DNA of 64,000 bases from Rhodospirillales bacterium (GTDB lineage: Bacteria; Pseudomonadota; Alphaproteobacteria; Rhodospirillales; Shumkoniaceae), in the NCBI GenBank assembly GCA_014859895.1, contig JACZKS010000147.1, positions 68,642-132,641 of the forward strand. The letters are read 5' to 3'. How positions within the stretch are numbered: position 1 is the first letter of the stretch; every line of letters begins with the position of its first letter. Both the position numbers and the translations under genes were made by a program. Below, one piece after another: positions 18,548-27,899 of this stretch. The notes under the pieces are model-generated. The model was given only the letters and a program-made list of their open reading frames with translations, was not told the DNA's origin and made no database searches.

Positions 18548-19342
18548 CTAAATCCTTTCGGTCATGCCGGCGATTTCGGCGCTCAGGTCCTGGAGTTCCT
18601 TGCCGCCGGCCATCATGTCGATGACCTCGTCCTTGCTGACATCCTCCTTGCGGAAGGTGCCGAGCGTGCGGCCACGATTGAGCATGGTGAAGCGGTCGGC
18701 GACCGGATAGGCGTGATGGACGTTGTGGGTAATGAAGATGACGCCGAGGTTCCGGGCGCGGGCCTGCATGATGTACTTGAGCACCATCGAGGCCTGGCTG
18801 ACCCCAAGCGCCGAGGTCGGTTCGTCGAGGATCAGCACCTTGGCGCCGAAATAGACGGCCCTGGCGATGGCCAGGCACTGGCGTTCGCCCCCTGAAAGCG
18901 TGCCGACCGCCTGCTGGGGGTCGCGCACGTCGATGCCGATGCGCCGCATCTCCTGCCTGGCAATGGTGTCGGCGGCGGCGAAGTCGAAGTGGCGGAACGG
19001 CACCATCCCCTTCACCGGCTCGCGGCCCAGAAAGAAATTGCGGGTCACCGACATCAGGGGAACCATCGCGAGGTCCTGATAGACGGTGGCGATGCCCATA
19101 TCGAGGGCCTGGCGCGGCGAGCTGAAATCGACGGCGCGGCCTTCCACCCGGTATTCACCCTCCGACGGCCTGTGCACGCCGGACAGCACCTTGATCAGGG
19201 TGGACTTGCCGGCTCCGTTGTCGCCCAGAAGGCACATCACCTCGCCCGCACGAACAGACATCGAGACGTCCATGAGCGCGATCACCGAGCCGAAGAACTT
19301 CGACAGGCGGCTGACCTCGATCAGCGGGACGTCGGCATCCAT
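18548..19342 (-). CDS. Sugar ABC transporter ATP-binding protein
   Basis: [15 protein letters not shown] and [10 protein letters not shown]. Start re-called at 19342 ([10 protein letters not shown]). Confidence 0.9.
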   Translation of the reverse strand: MDADVPLIEVSRLSKFFGSVIALMDVSMSVRAGEVMCLLGDNGAGKSTLIKVLSGVHRPSEGEYRVEGRAVDFSSPRQALDMGIATVYQDLAMVPLMSVTRNFFLGREPVKGMVPFRHFDFAAADTIARQEMRRIGIDVRDPQQAVGTLSGGERQCLAIARAVYFGAKVLILDEPTSALGVSQASMVLKYIMQARARNLGVIFITHNVHHAYPVADRFTMLNRGRTLGTFRKEDVSKDEVIDMMAGGKELQDLSAEIAGMTERI

Positions 19343-20481
19343 CAGCGGCCCCCCGTCACCTTCTTGCGGACATAGTTGTTGAAGATCACGGCGATCAGCA
19401 GCATGACCCCCAGGAAGACGCGGAACCAGTCGGTGTTCACGCCGGTATAGAAGATGCCCATCTGCACGACGCCGAAGATCAGCGCCCCGAAGCAGGCGCC
19501 GACCACCGAACCGTAGCCGCCGGTCAACAGCGCGCCGCCGATGACCGCGGCGATGATCGCCTCGAACTCCTTGAGCATGCCGCGCTGGCTGTCGGCCGAA
19601 CCGAAATCGACCACCTGGCATGCCGCGAACACCGTGGCGCAAAGGGCGGTGAACATGAAAAGCGAGACCTTGACCCGGGTGACCGGCACGCCGACGTTGC
19701 GCGCCGCCACCGCGTCGCCGCCCGAGGCGAAGATCCAGTTGCCGTAGCGGGTGCGCTTCAGGAGCCAATTGGCAAGGACGGCCAGCACCAGCCACCAGAC
19801 GATGACCATGGAAACGCCCTGCACAACCGGCTGGCCGTTGGGCAAAGTGTCGAGCCAGCCGTGCTGGGCCATCCAGACGAAAATGGGGCCGCCGACCTTG
19901 CCGCCGAAGAGGGCGGCGAACCAGTCGCCCTCGGCATGTTCCCTGACGCCGCCAACCAGGGTGCGGTTGGTGAGCAGCCGGGACAACCCGATGGTGAGCC
20001 CGCGCAGAATAAACAGGAAGGCCAGCGTCACGATGAAAGACGGCAGGCCGGTACGAATGACGATGATGCCATTCAGATAGCCGACCGCCATGGCAAAGCT
20101 GAAGGCCAGCAGGATGGCCGCCCACAGCGGCAGGCCGTACTGGGTCACCGGGATGGCGATGACCATGCCGGCGAAGCCGATCATCGAGCCCAGCGACAGG
20201 TCGAACTCGCCGGCAATCATCAGAAGACAGGCGCCGATGGCGATGATGCCCAACTGGGCCGATACCTCCAGCCAATTGAGAACACCCTTGGCCGAGAACA
20301 TGCCGGTATCGCCGGCGACGATGCCGAAGAACAGGAAGACCAGGATCGTGCCGGCGAGAGCGCCCAGTTCGGGCCGCCCGAAGGCGCGCCTCAGCCGCCC
20401 TTCGCGGCGCAAACGCTCGTCGGATAGGGGCGGCGCCGGATCGGCGAGGGCCGGCGCCGCGTCAGTTGGTCGGTTGGTCAT
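19342..20481 (-). CDS. Sugar ABC transporter permease (inositol-type)
   Basis: [21 protein letters not shown] and [12 protein letters not shown] motifs. Start re-called at 20481. Confidence 0.9.
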   Translation of the reverse strand: MTNRPTDAAPALADPAPPLSDERLRREGRLRRAFGRPELGALAGTILVFLFFGIVAGDTGMFSAKGVLNWLEVSAQLGIIAIGACLLMIAGEFDLSLGSMIGFAGMVIAIPVTQYGLPLWAAILLAFSFAMAVGYLNGIIVIRTGLPSFIVTLAFLFILRGLTIGLSRLLTNRTLVGGVREHAEGDWFAALFGGKVGGPIFVWMAQHGWLDTLPNGQPVVQGVSMVIVWWLVLAVLANWLLKRTRYGNWIFASGGDAVAARNVGVPVTRVKVSLFMFTALCATVFAACQVVDFGSADSQRGMLKEFEAIIAAVIGGALLTGGYGSVVGACFGALIFGVVQMGIFYTGVNTDWFRVFLGVMLLIAVIFNNYVRKKVTGGR

Positions 20482-20503
20482 GCCACTCCCCTGGCGGCAC
20501 CGC

Positions 20504-21436
20504 TCAACGTACGGTTCCGGCCAGTTTTTCGACCATGCCGATGCTGTCCTTGGTGACGTAGCCCGGACCCGAGAGGATATCGCCGCCCGGCAGCAGCCCG
20601 TGGCGCGCGTGGAGCGCCAGGGCGACGACCGGAAGATACCCCTGCAGGTACTGTTGCTGGTCGATGGCAAACGCTATGGAGCCCGCCTTGATCCCCTCGA
20701 TGATCTTCGGGCCGAGGTCGAAGGTGGCGAAATGCACCTTGCCGGCCGTGCCCATCTCCTGCAACGCGGCCAGGGCGGGATCGGCGCCGGTCGGGCCCAG
20801 GGTCAGGACCCCGTCGTACTTGTGCTGGGTCATCGTGGCGCTGATACGGTTGCGGATCTCGGTGGGATCGGAACCGACGTCGAGCATCGTGAGCTTGATG
20901 CCGAGCCCGTCGGCATAGCCCTGGCAGCGCTGCTCCAGCGCCGCGTTGGCGATCTCGTGGTTGACGCAGAGGCCGTCCTTGACGCCGGCCGCCTTGGCCT
21001 GCTTGCCGGCGCCGAGACCGGCGGCGTATTCGGGCTGCCCGACATGGAAAAGCACGCCCAGCTTCTCCCTGACCTCGCTGCCGGAATTGATCGAAACGGT
21101 GGGAATGCCCGCCGCCACGGCACCTTTGATCGCGTTGCCCAGCGCATCGGGGTCGGGAATCGAAACGATCAGTCCGGCCGGCTTGGAAGCGACGGCGGCG
21201 TCGATCAGGCGTGCCATTTCGGTCAGGTCGCCGGTCGACGGATTGCGATACTCGGCGGTGACGCTCATCGCCTTGGCGGCATCGGCGACGCCGTTCTTGA
21301 CGACGTTCCAGAAGGAATCGGTGTTCGAGCCGTGCGTGACGACGACGATGCGCACGGGGTCGGCCGCCTGGGCGCCGCCCAGGCCCAGCGACAGGGCCGT
21401 CGCCGTGGCTGCCAGAAGCGATGCGAAGCCTTTCAT
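20504..21436 (-). CDS. Sugar ABC transporter substrate-binding protein (inositol-type)
   Basis: Signal peptide; VVTHGSNTDSFWNVVKNG and FAIDQQQYLQGY motifs. Confidence 0.9.
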   Translation of the reverse strand: MKGFASLLAATATALSLGLGGAQAADPVRIVVVTHGSNTDSFWNVVKNGVADAAKAMSVTAEYRNPSTGDLTEMARLIDAAVASKPAGLIVSIPDPDALGNAIKGAVAAGIPTVSINSGSEVREKLGVLFHVGQPEYAAGLGAGKQAKAAGVKDGLCVNHEIANAALEQRCQGYADGLGIKLTMLDVGSDPTEIRNRISATMTQHKYDGVLTLGPTGADPALAALQEMGTAGKVHFATFDLGPKIIEGIKAGSIAFAIDQQQYLQGYLPVVALALHARHGLLPGGDILSGPGYVTKDSIGMVEKLAGTVR

Positions 21437-21714
21437 CCCAGTCTCTCCTTTCTCGTTGAATGGCCTTCCCGCTCAATCCTTGCCGGCTCTACGGCCATGG
21501 CCGTTCCCCCCGGCTGGAAGGATGCGTTTGAACGATTTTTTTATTTTCGCGTTTTTTAGAATACATGTTCCACCAGACGGATAAAACACTTTTTTCGTGT
21601 TCATCAAATAACCGCCGAATCGGAAAGTTGCGCCATGCGGCCGGTCAAGAAAGGCCTCGCGCGACGACGACGACGCCGCCATAATCCGCCCGCCACAACC
21701 AGCGGAGGACCCCC

Positions 21715-21996
21715 GTGTTCAAGGTCAACGACTATTTCGACGGCAAGGTAAAGTCGATCGCCTTTCAGACGGCGACGCTGCCGGCCACCGTCGGCGTCAT
21801 GGCGCCCGGCGAGTACGAATTCGGCACCAGCCAGAAGGAAACCATGACGGTGGTCAGCGGGGCACTGACCGTCAAGCTGCCGGACGGCGGCGATTGGCAG
21901 ACCTTCGAGAAGGGCCAGTCCTTCATGGTGGCCGCCGACCGCAAATTCCAACTCAAGGTCGCCGTCGATACCGCCTATCTCTGTACCTACGGCTGA
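21715..21996 (+). CDS. ppnP: Pyrimidine/purine nucleoside phosphorylase PpnP (DUF1255)
   Basis: [29 protein letters not shown] and AYLCTYG are typical of the family. Confidence 0.92.
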   Translation: MFKVNDYFDGKVKSIAFQTATLPATVGVMAPGEYEFGTSQKETMTVVSGALTVKLPDGGDWQTFEKGQSFMVAADRKFQLKVAVDTAYLCTYG

Positions 21997-22015
21997 TCCG
22001 CATTAGGCGATAAGG

Positions 22016-22050
22016 AAAGGGCCCGTCCCCGGCCGGGGGCGGGCCCTTTT
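22016..22050 (+). terminator. Rho-independent terminator, probably bidirectional
   Basis: AAAGGGCCCGTCCCC-GGCC-GGGGGCGGGCCCTTTT hairpin between convergent genes. Confidence 0.8.
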
Positions 22051-22070
22051 GCAATGGGCGGTCGGGCGGC

Positions 22071-25000
22071 CTAGAGGATGCCGGCCTTGCCCGCTTTCCA
22101 GCGATCGCGCTCGGTCCGCAAGAGATCGGCGTGCTCGCGTTCCTCGGCGGCCAGTTCCTTGTAGAGCTGGCGTTCCATCGAGCCTTCCGGCGCGGCGTCG
22201 CCGCGTTCGGTGAAGTATTCGACGGCCCGCTTCTCGAACTTAATCGCGATCTCGAACAGGTTGTTCGGGTCCTCGGCGTGATGCTCGAGGCCGGCATAAA
22301 GAGCCGCCTGATCGGGCTTGAACCCGACGGTCGCCTTCGGCACGCCGACATGGTAGCGCTTGGCCAGCGTCGCCACGTGGTCCTGCTCCATATCGACCAG
22401 CCGGCGGAACAGGTCCTTGATCGCCGGTTCCTTGGCCTGCTCGGCGGCTTGGCGGTAAAAGGCCTGGCCGCTCAGCTCGATCTCGAATGCCAGCGTGATG
22501 GCAGCCAGCGCCTCGGCGTCGGCGATCTCGCGCTTGCCCATCACCTCCAGCGTGCCGCCGCAGTGGGGGCAGGCCCCGTACGGGAAGGCGAAGCCCTCGC
22601 TGACCTTGCCGCAATCCTGGCAGCGCCACTGCAGCTCGGTCTCCGCGCAGCAGATGTAGATTTCCTCACCCTCGATCGGGCGGTGACACTTCGGACACAG
22701 CATGACGCCCTTCCCCTCCTTCTCGGCAATGATTTCGGAAGCCACGGCCTCATCAAACTCCGTGATCTGCGGCGCTGGCGAGAAGGCGTCGGCCTCCTCG
22801 ACCGGAATAGGCCACGTCTTCTTGCCGCCCTTGAGCCAAGCACCCATGGCCCGCGCGGCACGGCGGCCGGCCCCCATGGCCAGGATCACCGTGGCGCCGC
22901 CGGTGACGATGTCGCCGCCGGCGAAGATGCCGGGCAGCGTCGTCGACTGGGTGGCGTCGTCGGCAACGATGTAGCCCCACTTGTTGAGGCCGAGGCCAGG
23001 GGTCGATTCGGTGACAATCGGGTTGGCGTTGGTGCCAAGCGCATAGATGACGGTGTCGCACTCCAGCTCGACAAACTCGTCGAGCGGCATGGGCCGGCGG
23101 CGGCCCTGATCATCGGGCTCGCCCAATACCATCTTCTGGACCCGCATGCCCTTGACGTTGCCTTCCTCGTCGGTGTGGATGGCAACCGGCCCGTGCAGGA
23201 AAAAGAACTCGATGCCCTCTTCCTTGGCGTGGCGCAGTTCCTCGAGCCGGGCCGGGGCCTCGGCTTCCGAGCGACGATAGACGCAGCGCACCGTCGGCAC
23301 TCCCAGGCGCTTGGATACGCGCAGGCAGTCCATGGCGGTGTTGCCGGCGCCGATGACGACAACGCTGTTGCCCAGACTGACCGGGGTGTCGAGATAGGGA
23401 AACTTGTCGCCGCCCATCAGGTTGACGCGGGTCAGGAACTCGTTGGCCGAGTAGACTTGGCCGGCAAACTCGCCGGGGATGCCGAGGAAGGAGGGGGCGC
23501 CGGCACCGGCCGCGATGAAGGCCGCATCGAAGCCCATCTCGTTCATCAACTGCTTGACCGTAAAGGTCTTGCCGATGACCTTGTTGGTCTCGAACTTGAC
23601 TCCCATGTCGCGCAGCCGCTGCACCTCGCGCGATATTATGGAACGCGGCAGGCGGAAGGACGGGATGCCGTAGCGCAGCACGCCGCCCACGACGTGCAGT
23701 GCCTCGAAGACGGTGACCTGGCAGCCGTAACGCACGAGGTCGGCCGCAGCGGCAAGACCACCCGGGCCGGAGCCGACGATGGCGATCTTGCCCAAGGTCT
23801 TGGCGAACTTCGGCGGCACCGCCTTGGGCGCCTGGGCGAAATCGCCGACGAAGCGTTCCAACCGGCCGATGGCCACCGGCTCCATCTTCTTGGCCAGAAT
23901 GCACTGCGCCTCGCACTGCATTTCCTGCGGGCAGACGCGCCCGCAGATGGACGGGAACAGGTTGGCCTCGTAAAGCGACGCGAGGGCGCCGTCGAGGTCA
24001 CGCACCAGCAGATGGCGGATGAAGCCCGGGATGTCGATGGAGACAGGGCAACCGGCCACGCACATCGGCTTCTTGCACTGGATGCAGCGCTCGGCTTCCT
24101 GGAGCGCATCCTGCATGGTGTAGCCGAGGTTGACTTCCTCGAAATTGCGGGCCCGCTCGTGCGGATCGCGCTCCGGCATCTTGGTCTGATGGGGCGCCAG
24201 GTCCTTGAGCTTCTTGTAGTTGCGCTGCTCCTGCTCGATCAGTTGCTTCTCGAGGTTGCAGACATGGGCGAAATCGTCGGACGCCTGCGATTCCTGCTTC
24301 TTGAAGCGCTTCTGGCGGGTGATCAGCTCCTTGAAGTCGACCTTATGAGCGTCGAAGTCGGGGCCGTCGACGCAGGCGAACTTCACCTTGCCGTCGACCG
24401 TGACGCGGCACGACCCGCACATGCCGGTGCCGTCGACCATGATGGCGTTCAAGGACACCATGGTCTTGACCCCGAAGGGACGCGTCGTCTCGGTGCAGGC
24501 GTTCATCATCGGCAGCGGGCCGATAGCCACCACCAGGTCCGGCTTGTCGTTGGCCAGCACGTCCTTCAGCGCCTCGGTGACGAAGCCGGGGCGGCCATAC
24601 GACCCGTCGTCGGTGCAGACGATCAGCTTGTCCGAATAGCGCCCGAAGCGGTCTTCCCAGAAGCGCAGGTCCTTGTTGCGAAAGCCGATGATGCTGGTCG
24701 TGCGGTTGCCCATCTCCTTGAAGGCGCGCAACTGCGGATAGACCGGCGCGACGCCGAGGCCGCCGCCGACCACCACCACGTGGCCAACCTTCTCGACATG
24801 CTGGGGCAGGCCCAACGGACCGACGAAATCGAGGAAGCTGTCGCCTTCCTTGTAGTAGTCGCGCATCTCCCGCGTGGTCTTGCCCAAGGCCTGGATCACC
24901 ATGGTGATGGTGCCCTTCTCGCGGTCGAAGTCGGCGACCGTCAGCGGGATGCGTTCACCTTCTTCGTGCAGACGCAGCATGACGAAATGCCCGGGTTGCG

Positions 25001-25082
25001 CCGAGTGGGCCACGTCGGGGCTGTCGACCTCCCACAGGAAGGTGGTGTCGGAAAAGTCTTCACGGCGGAGAATCTTGTACAT
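22071..25082 (-). CDS. Fused NfnA/SudB-like + NfnB/SudA (GltD-like) flavoprotein with C-terminal zinc ribbon and rubrerythrin-like diiron domain
   Basis: ERIPLT, DGTGMCGSC...CVDGP [2Fe-2S]; CIQC...C...CP and CGRVCP Fe-S clusters; GSGPGG and GAGNTAMD; CPKC/CQDC/CPHC; E..EQDH..E..EREH. Start MYKILRRE at 25082. Confidence 0.88.
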   Translation of the reverse strand: MYKILRREDFSDTTFLWEVDSPDVAHSAQPGHFVMLRLHEEGERIPLTVADFDREKGTITMVIQALGKTTREMRDYYKEGDSFLDFVGPLGLPQHVEKVGHVVVVGGGLGVAPVYPQLRAFKEMGNRTTSIIGFRNKDLRFWEDRFGRYSDKLIVCTDDGSYGRPGFVTEALKDVLANDKPDLVVAIGPLPMMNACTETTRPFGVKTMVSLNAIMVDGTGMCGSCRVTVDGKVKFACVDGPDFDAHKVDFKELITRQKRFKKQESQASDDFAHVCNLEKQLIEQEQRNYKKLKDLAPHQTKMPERDPHERARNFEEVNLGYTMQDALQEAERCIQCKKPMCVAGCPVSIDIPGFIRHLLVRDLDGALASLYEANLFPSICGRVCPQEMQCEAQCILAKKMEPVAIGRLERFVGDFAQAPKAVPPKFAKTLGKIAIVGSGPGGLAAAADLVRYGCQVTVFEALHVVGGVLRYGIPSFRLPRSIISREVQRLRDMGVKFETNKVIGKTFTVKQLMNEMGFDAAFIAAGAGAPSFLGIPGEFAGQVYSANEFLTRVNLMGGDKFPYLDTPVSLGNSVVVIGAGNTAMDCLRVSKRLGVPTVRCVYRRSEAEAPARLEELRHAKEEGIEFFFLHGPVAIHTDEEGNVKGMRVQKMVLGEPDDQGRRRPMPLDEFVELECDTVIYALGTNANPIVTESTPGLGLNKWGYIVADDATQSTTLPGIFAGGDIVTGGATVILAMGAGRRAARAMGAWLKGGKKTWPIPVEEADAFSPAPQITEFDEAVASEIIAEKEGKGVMLCPKCHRPIEGEEIYICCAETELQWRCQDCGKVSEGFAFPYGACPHCGGTLEVMGKREIADAEALAAITLAFEIELSGQAFYRQAAEQAKEPAIKDLFRRLVDMEQDHVATLAKRYHVGVPKATVGFKPDQAALYAGLEHHAEDPNNLFEIAIKFEKRAVEYFTERGDAAPEGSMERQLYKELAAEEREHADLLRTERDRWKAGKAGIL

Positions 25083-25445
25083 GATGGGATGGACTTCCTC
25101 GCTAGCCGGCCTCGCCGGTCGTGGACCGAACCGCATTCCTTAGTTGATTAGGCTCGCTTCCCTCTGGCGGTCCGGAAACGGCCTTTATTCTTTTACGGAA
25201 GAATAGGCGGGGTCCCCTGTCGGACCCCGGGCGCCCTTGGCGCCGGCCCATTTCCACCGCGGTCATCCGCAGAACGGATGGGGGTTGATACCCCAGACCC
25301 CCGGGCGAGGGCAAGCGCCACCGCCGCCCAATCGGACCCGGTGCAATCGGGAAGAATGCGGCGAAATCTGCGGGCTTCGGCGATTTCCACGGCTTGCAGC
25401 CCGTTTCCGTCATGCGAAAAAAGGGGTTGAAGAAGGCCCCCGCAG

Positions 25446-26240
25446 TTACTTCCGCGCGTGCAGGAATCGCATGAAAATGGCGAGGCTGGCCGCCACCGTC
25501 GCATTGAGGGATTCGACGGCACCGGTGGTCGGCACCGCCAGGCGGCGCAGGGCAAGGCCGGCTGGCAGGCCCAGCCCCTCCTCGCCGAGAACCAGGCGCA
25601 GGTTGTCGGGCCAGGCGAAACCGGCCAGGTCCTCGCCGTCGCCGGCCAGCGCGAAAATCGGGCCGGCCGCCCGATCGAGATCGCCCCACGAGGGACCACG
25701 CGCCAGCGTCAGTTCGAACTGCGCGTTGGCCGCCGCCCTTAAGGCCTGCGGGTGGAACGGGTGGGCCGCCTCGGTGAGCAAGATGAGGCGGGTGACCCCG
25801 AAGGCGGCGGCGCTGCGCATCAGGGCGCCCAGGTTGTGGGGATCGCCCAACGCGCAGATCACCTCGAGGCCGATCGGCGGCTCCGTGAGGTCGGCCATGG
25901 GCATTGCCGGCACGTCGCCGACCAGTAACGGGAAACCGGTGCCCGAGACGTCGAGGCGTTCGAACAACGGGCGGCCCAGCCGGTAACAGGCGATGGCGGC
26001 GGGAATGGCCCAGCCATCGATCAGCCCATCCTCGGGGGTCAACAGGGTGTGAAAGCGCTCGGGATGACGGACGAGTGCCTCGGGCACCGTCTTGCGGCCA
26101 GCCAGCAGGAACTGCCGATGCTTGCGCAGGCCGCGGCTTTCCAACAGGGCTGCCCAGCGCTTGGCCTTGGGATTCTGAAAACTGTCGATGACGGCGAGCG
26201 GCTCTTGCATCTGCGGCCCCGGCGGCGGGAAGGCCGCCAC
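25446..26240 (-). CDS. TrmH/SpoU family RNA methyltransferase (start may be 26210)
   Basis: LGDPHNLGALMRSAAAFG, VLGEEGLG and ESLNATVAAS motifs. Confidence 0.88.
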   Translation of the reverse strand: MAAFPPPGPQMQEPLAVIDSFQNPKAKRWAALLESRGLRKHRQFLLAGRKTVPEALVRHPERFHTLLTPEDGLIDGWAIPAAIACYRLGRPLFERLDVSGTGFPLLVGDVPAMPMADLTEPPIGLEVICALGDPHNLGALMRSAAAFGVTRLILLTEAAHPFHPQALRAAANAQFELTLARGPSWGDLDRAAGPIFALAGDGEDLAGFAWPDNLRLVLGEEGLGLPAGLALRRLAVPTTGAVESLNATVAASLAIFMRFLHARK

Positions 26241-26343
26241 GTTAGACGGATTCCCCTATTGTATCGAGACAAGATTCGGATTGAACCTCGCGGGCGGTCG
26301 ACGCACCTTAAGCGGCGTAACGGTTGGATGGAGTTCGCCCGTC

Positions 26344-26982
26344 ATGATCGCTTCCGGTACGTTGGCCGCCTTCGCCCTGGTCGCCCTCGGCATGGTCCTC
26401 ACGCCCGGCCCCAACATGGTCTACCTAATCAGCCGATCCATCGCGCAAGGCAGAATGGCCGGGGCGATTTCGCTGATGGGCGTGGCGATGGGCTTCGTCT
26501 TCTACATGTTCGCCGCCGCCTTCGGCCTGACCGCGCTGCTACTGGCCGTGCCGTTCGCCTACGACACCATCCGCTGGGTGGGGGCGGCCTATCTTCTCTA
26601 CCTCGCCTGGAACGCCGTGAAGCCCGGGGCCCGTTCGCTGCTGCAGGCGCGCACCGATCTTCCCATCGACGGCCCCGGCCGGCTATTCGCCATGGGCTTC
26701 CTCACCAACCTGCTCAATCCCAAGATCGCCGTCCTTTATCTATCCCTGCTGCCGCAGTTCATCGACCCCACCCAAGGCTATGTACTGGCCCAGAGCATCA
26801 CACTGGGCCTCACCCAGATCGCCGTCAGCATCACGGTCAACTTCCTGATCGTGCTGGCGGCCGGGTCCGTCGCCGCGTGGTTCGCCCGGCGGCCGACCTG
26901 GCTCAAGGTCCAGCGCTGGCTGATGGCCAGTGTGCTGGCAGGCTTCGCGGTGAGGCTGGCCATGGAACGCCGCCCCGCCTGA
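26344..26982 (+). CDS. LysE/RhtB family translocator
   Basis: LTPGPNM and GFLTNLLNPKIAVLY motifs. Confidence 0.9.
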   Translation: MIASGTLAAFALVALGMVLTPGPNMVYLISRSIAQGRMAGAISLMGVAMGFVFYMFAAAFGLTALLLAVPFAYDTIRWVGAAYLLYLAWNAVKPGARSLLQARTDLPIDGPGRLFAMGFLTNLLNPKIAVLYLSLLPQFIDPTQGYVLAQSITLGLTQIAVSITVNFLIVLAAGSVAAWFARRPTWLKVQRWLMASVLAGFAVRLAMERRPA

Positions 26983-27058
26983 AGGGACCCTGCCCCTTGC
27001 CTAGCGGGGGCCACCCCTCGCACAATGGCCGCCCTTCCGCTGTTTCGGCGACCTCATC

Positions 27059-27898
27059 ATGTTGTCTTACCGCCATGGGTTCCACGCAGGCAACGCCGCC
27101 GACGTGCTCAAGCACGCGGTGTTTGCCTTCGTGCTCGGCCACCTGCAACGCAAGGCGGGGCCGCTCCTCGTGATCGACACCCACGCCGGGGCCGGCGTCT
27201 ACGATCTCGCTTCCGCCGAGGCGGCGAAGACCGGCGAGTTCAGGGACGGCATCGGCCGCCTCGCGGCTGGCGCCGGGGATGTGCCCGAGCTGCTGGCTGG
27301 CTATCTGGCCCTGGTAAGGGCACGCAACCCGCAAGGGCCGCTTGCCGTTTATCCGGGATCGGCGGCCCTGGCGCTTTCGATGAAGCGCCCACAGGACCGG
27401 CTGGCCTTCTACGAGCTTCACCCGACCGATCATCAAGAACTGGCCGGCCTTGCCGCCCACTGGAGGGGCGTCAGCGTCGAGCGGAGCGACGGCTTCAAGG
27501 GCCTGATCGCCCAGGTACCGCCGGCCGGACGGCGCGGCCTCGCGCTGATCGACCCCAGCTACGAGATCAAGACCGATTACGACAAGGTCGCGGCGGCGCT
27601 CGCCAAGGCGTGGCGCCGGTTCGCGACCGGCGTCTATATCCTGTGGTATCCGGTGATCGAGCGCTCCCGCATCGACGCGCTCCTCGCCGCCGTGACGGCG
27701 GCCGGGATTCGCAAGGTCTATCGCATCGAACTGGGGATGGCGCCAGACGCGCCGGGCTATGGCATGACCGCCTCGGGCGTGCTTGTCGTGAATGCGCCCT
27801 TCACCCTGCCGGCCGCCGCCGAGACCGCTCTGCCTTGGTTGGCCGAAAGGCTGTCCACCCGCGGGCCGATGGTGGCGGAATGGCTGGTCCCTGAATAG
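27059..27898 (+). CDS. rlmJ: 23S rRNA (adenine2030-N6)-methyltransferase
   Basis: MLSYRHGFHAGNAADVLKH, YPGS, ELHP and IDPSYE motifs. Confidence 0.95.
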   Translation: MLSYRHGFHAGNAADVLKHAVFAFVLGHLQRKAGPLLVIDTHAGAGVYDLASAEAAKTGEFRDGIGRLAAGAGDVPELLAGYLALVRARNPQGPLAVYPGSAALALSMKRPQDRLAFYELHPTDHQELAGLAAHWRGVSVERSDGFKGLIAQVPPAGRRGLALIDPSYEIKTDYDKVAAALAKAWRRFATGVYILWYPVIERSRIDALLAAVTAAGIRKVYRIELGMAPDAPGYGMTASGVLVVNAPFTLPAAAETALPWLAERLSTRGPMVAEWLVPE

Positions 27899-27899
27899 G

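Noticed and set aside
19343-20275. N-terminal extension of the 575-aa ORF 18548-20275
   Set aside because: Out-of-frame overlap with the permease; the ATPase starts at 19342.
22071-25082. Calling the fusion glutamate synthase gltD
   Set aside because: No gltB nearby, and the NfnA/SudB-like N-module argues for an Nfn/Sud-type oxidoreductase.
22131-25151. 1006-aa plus-strand ORF
   Set aside because: In-register antisense shadow of the Nfn-like fusion gene.
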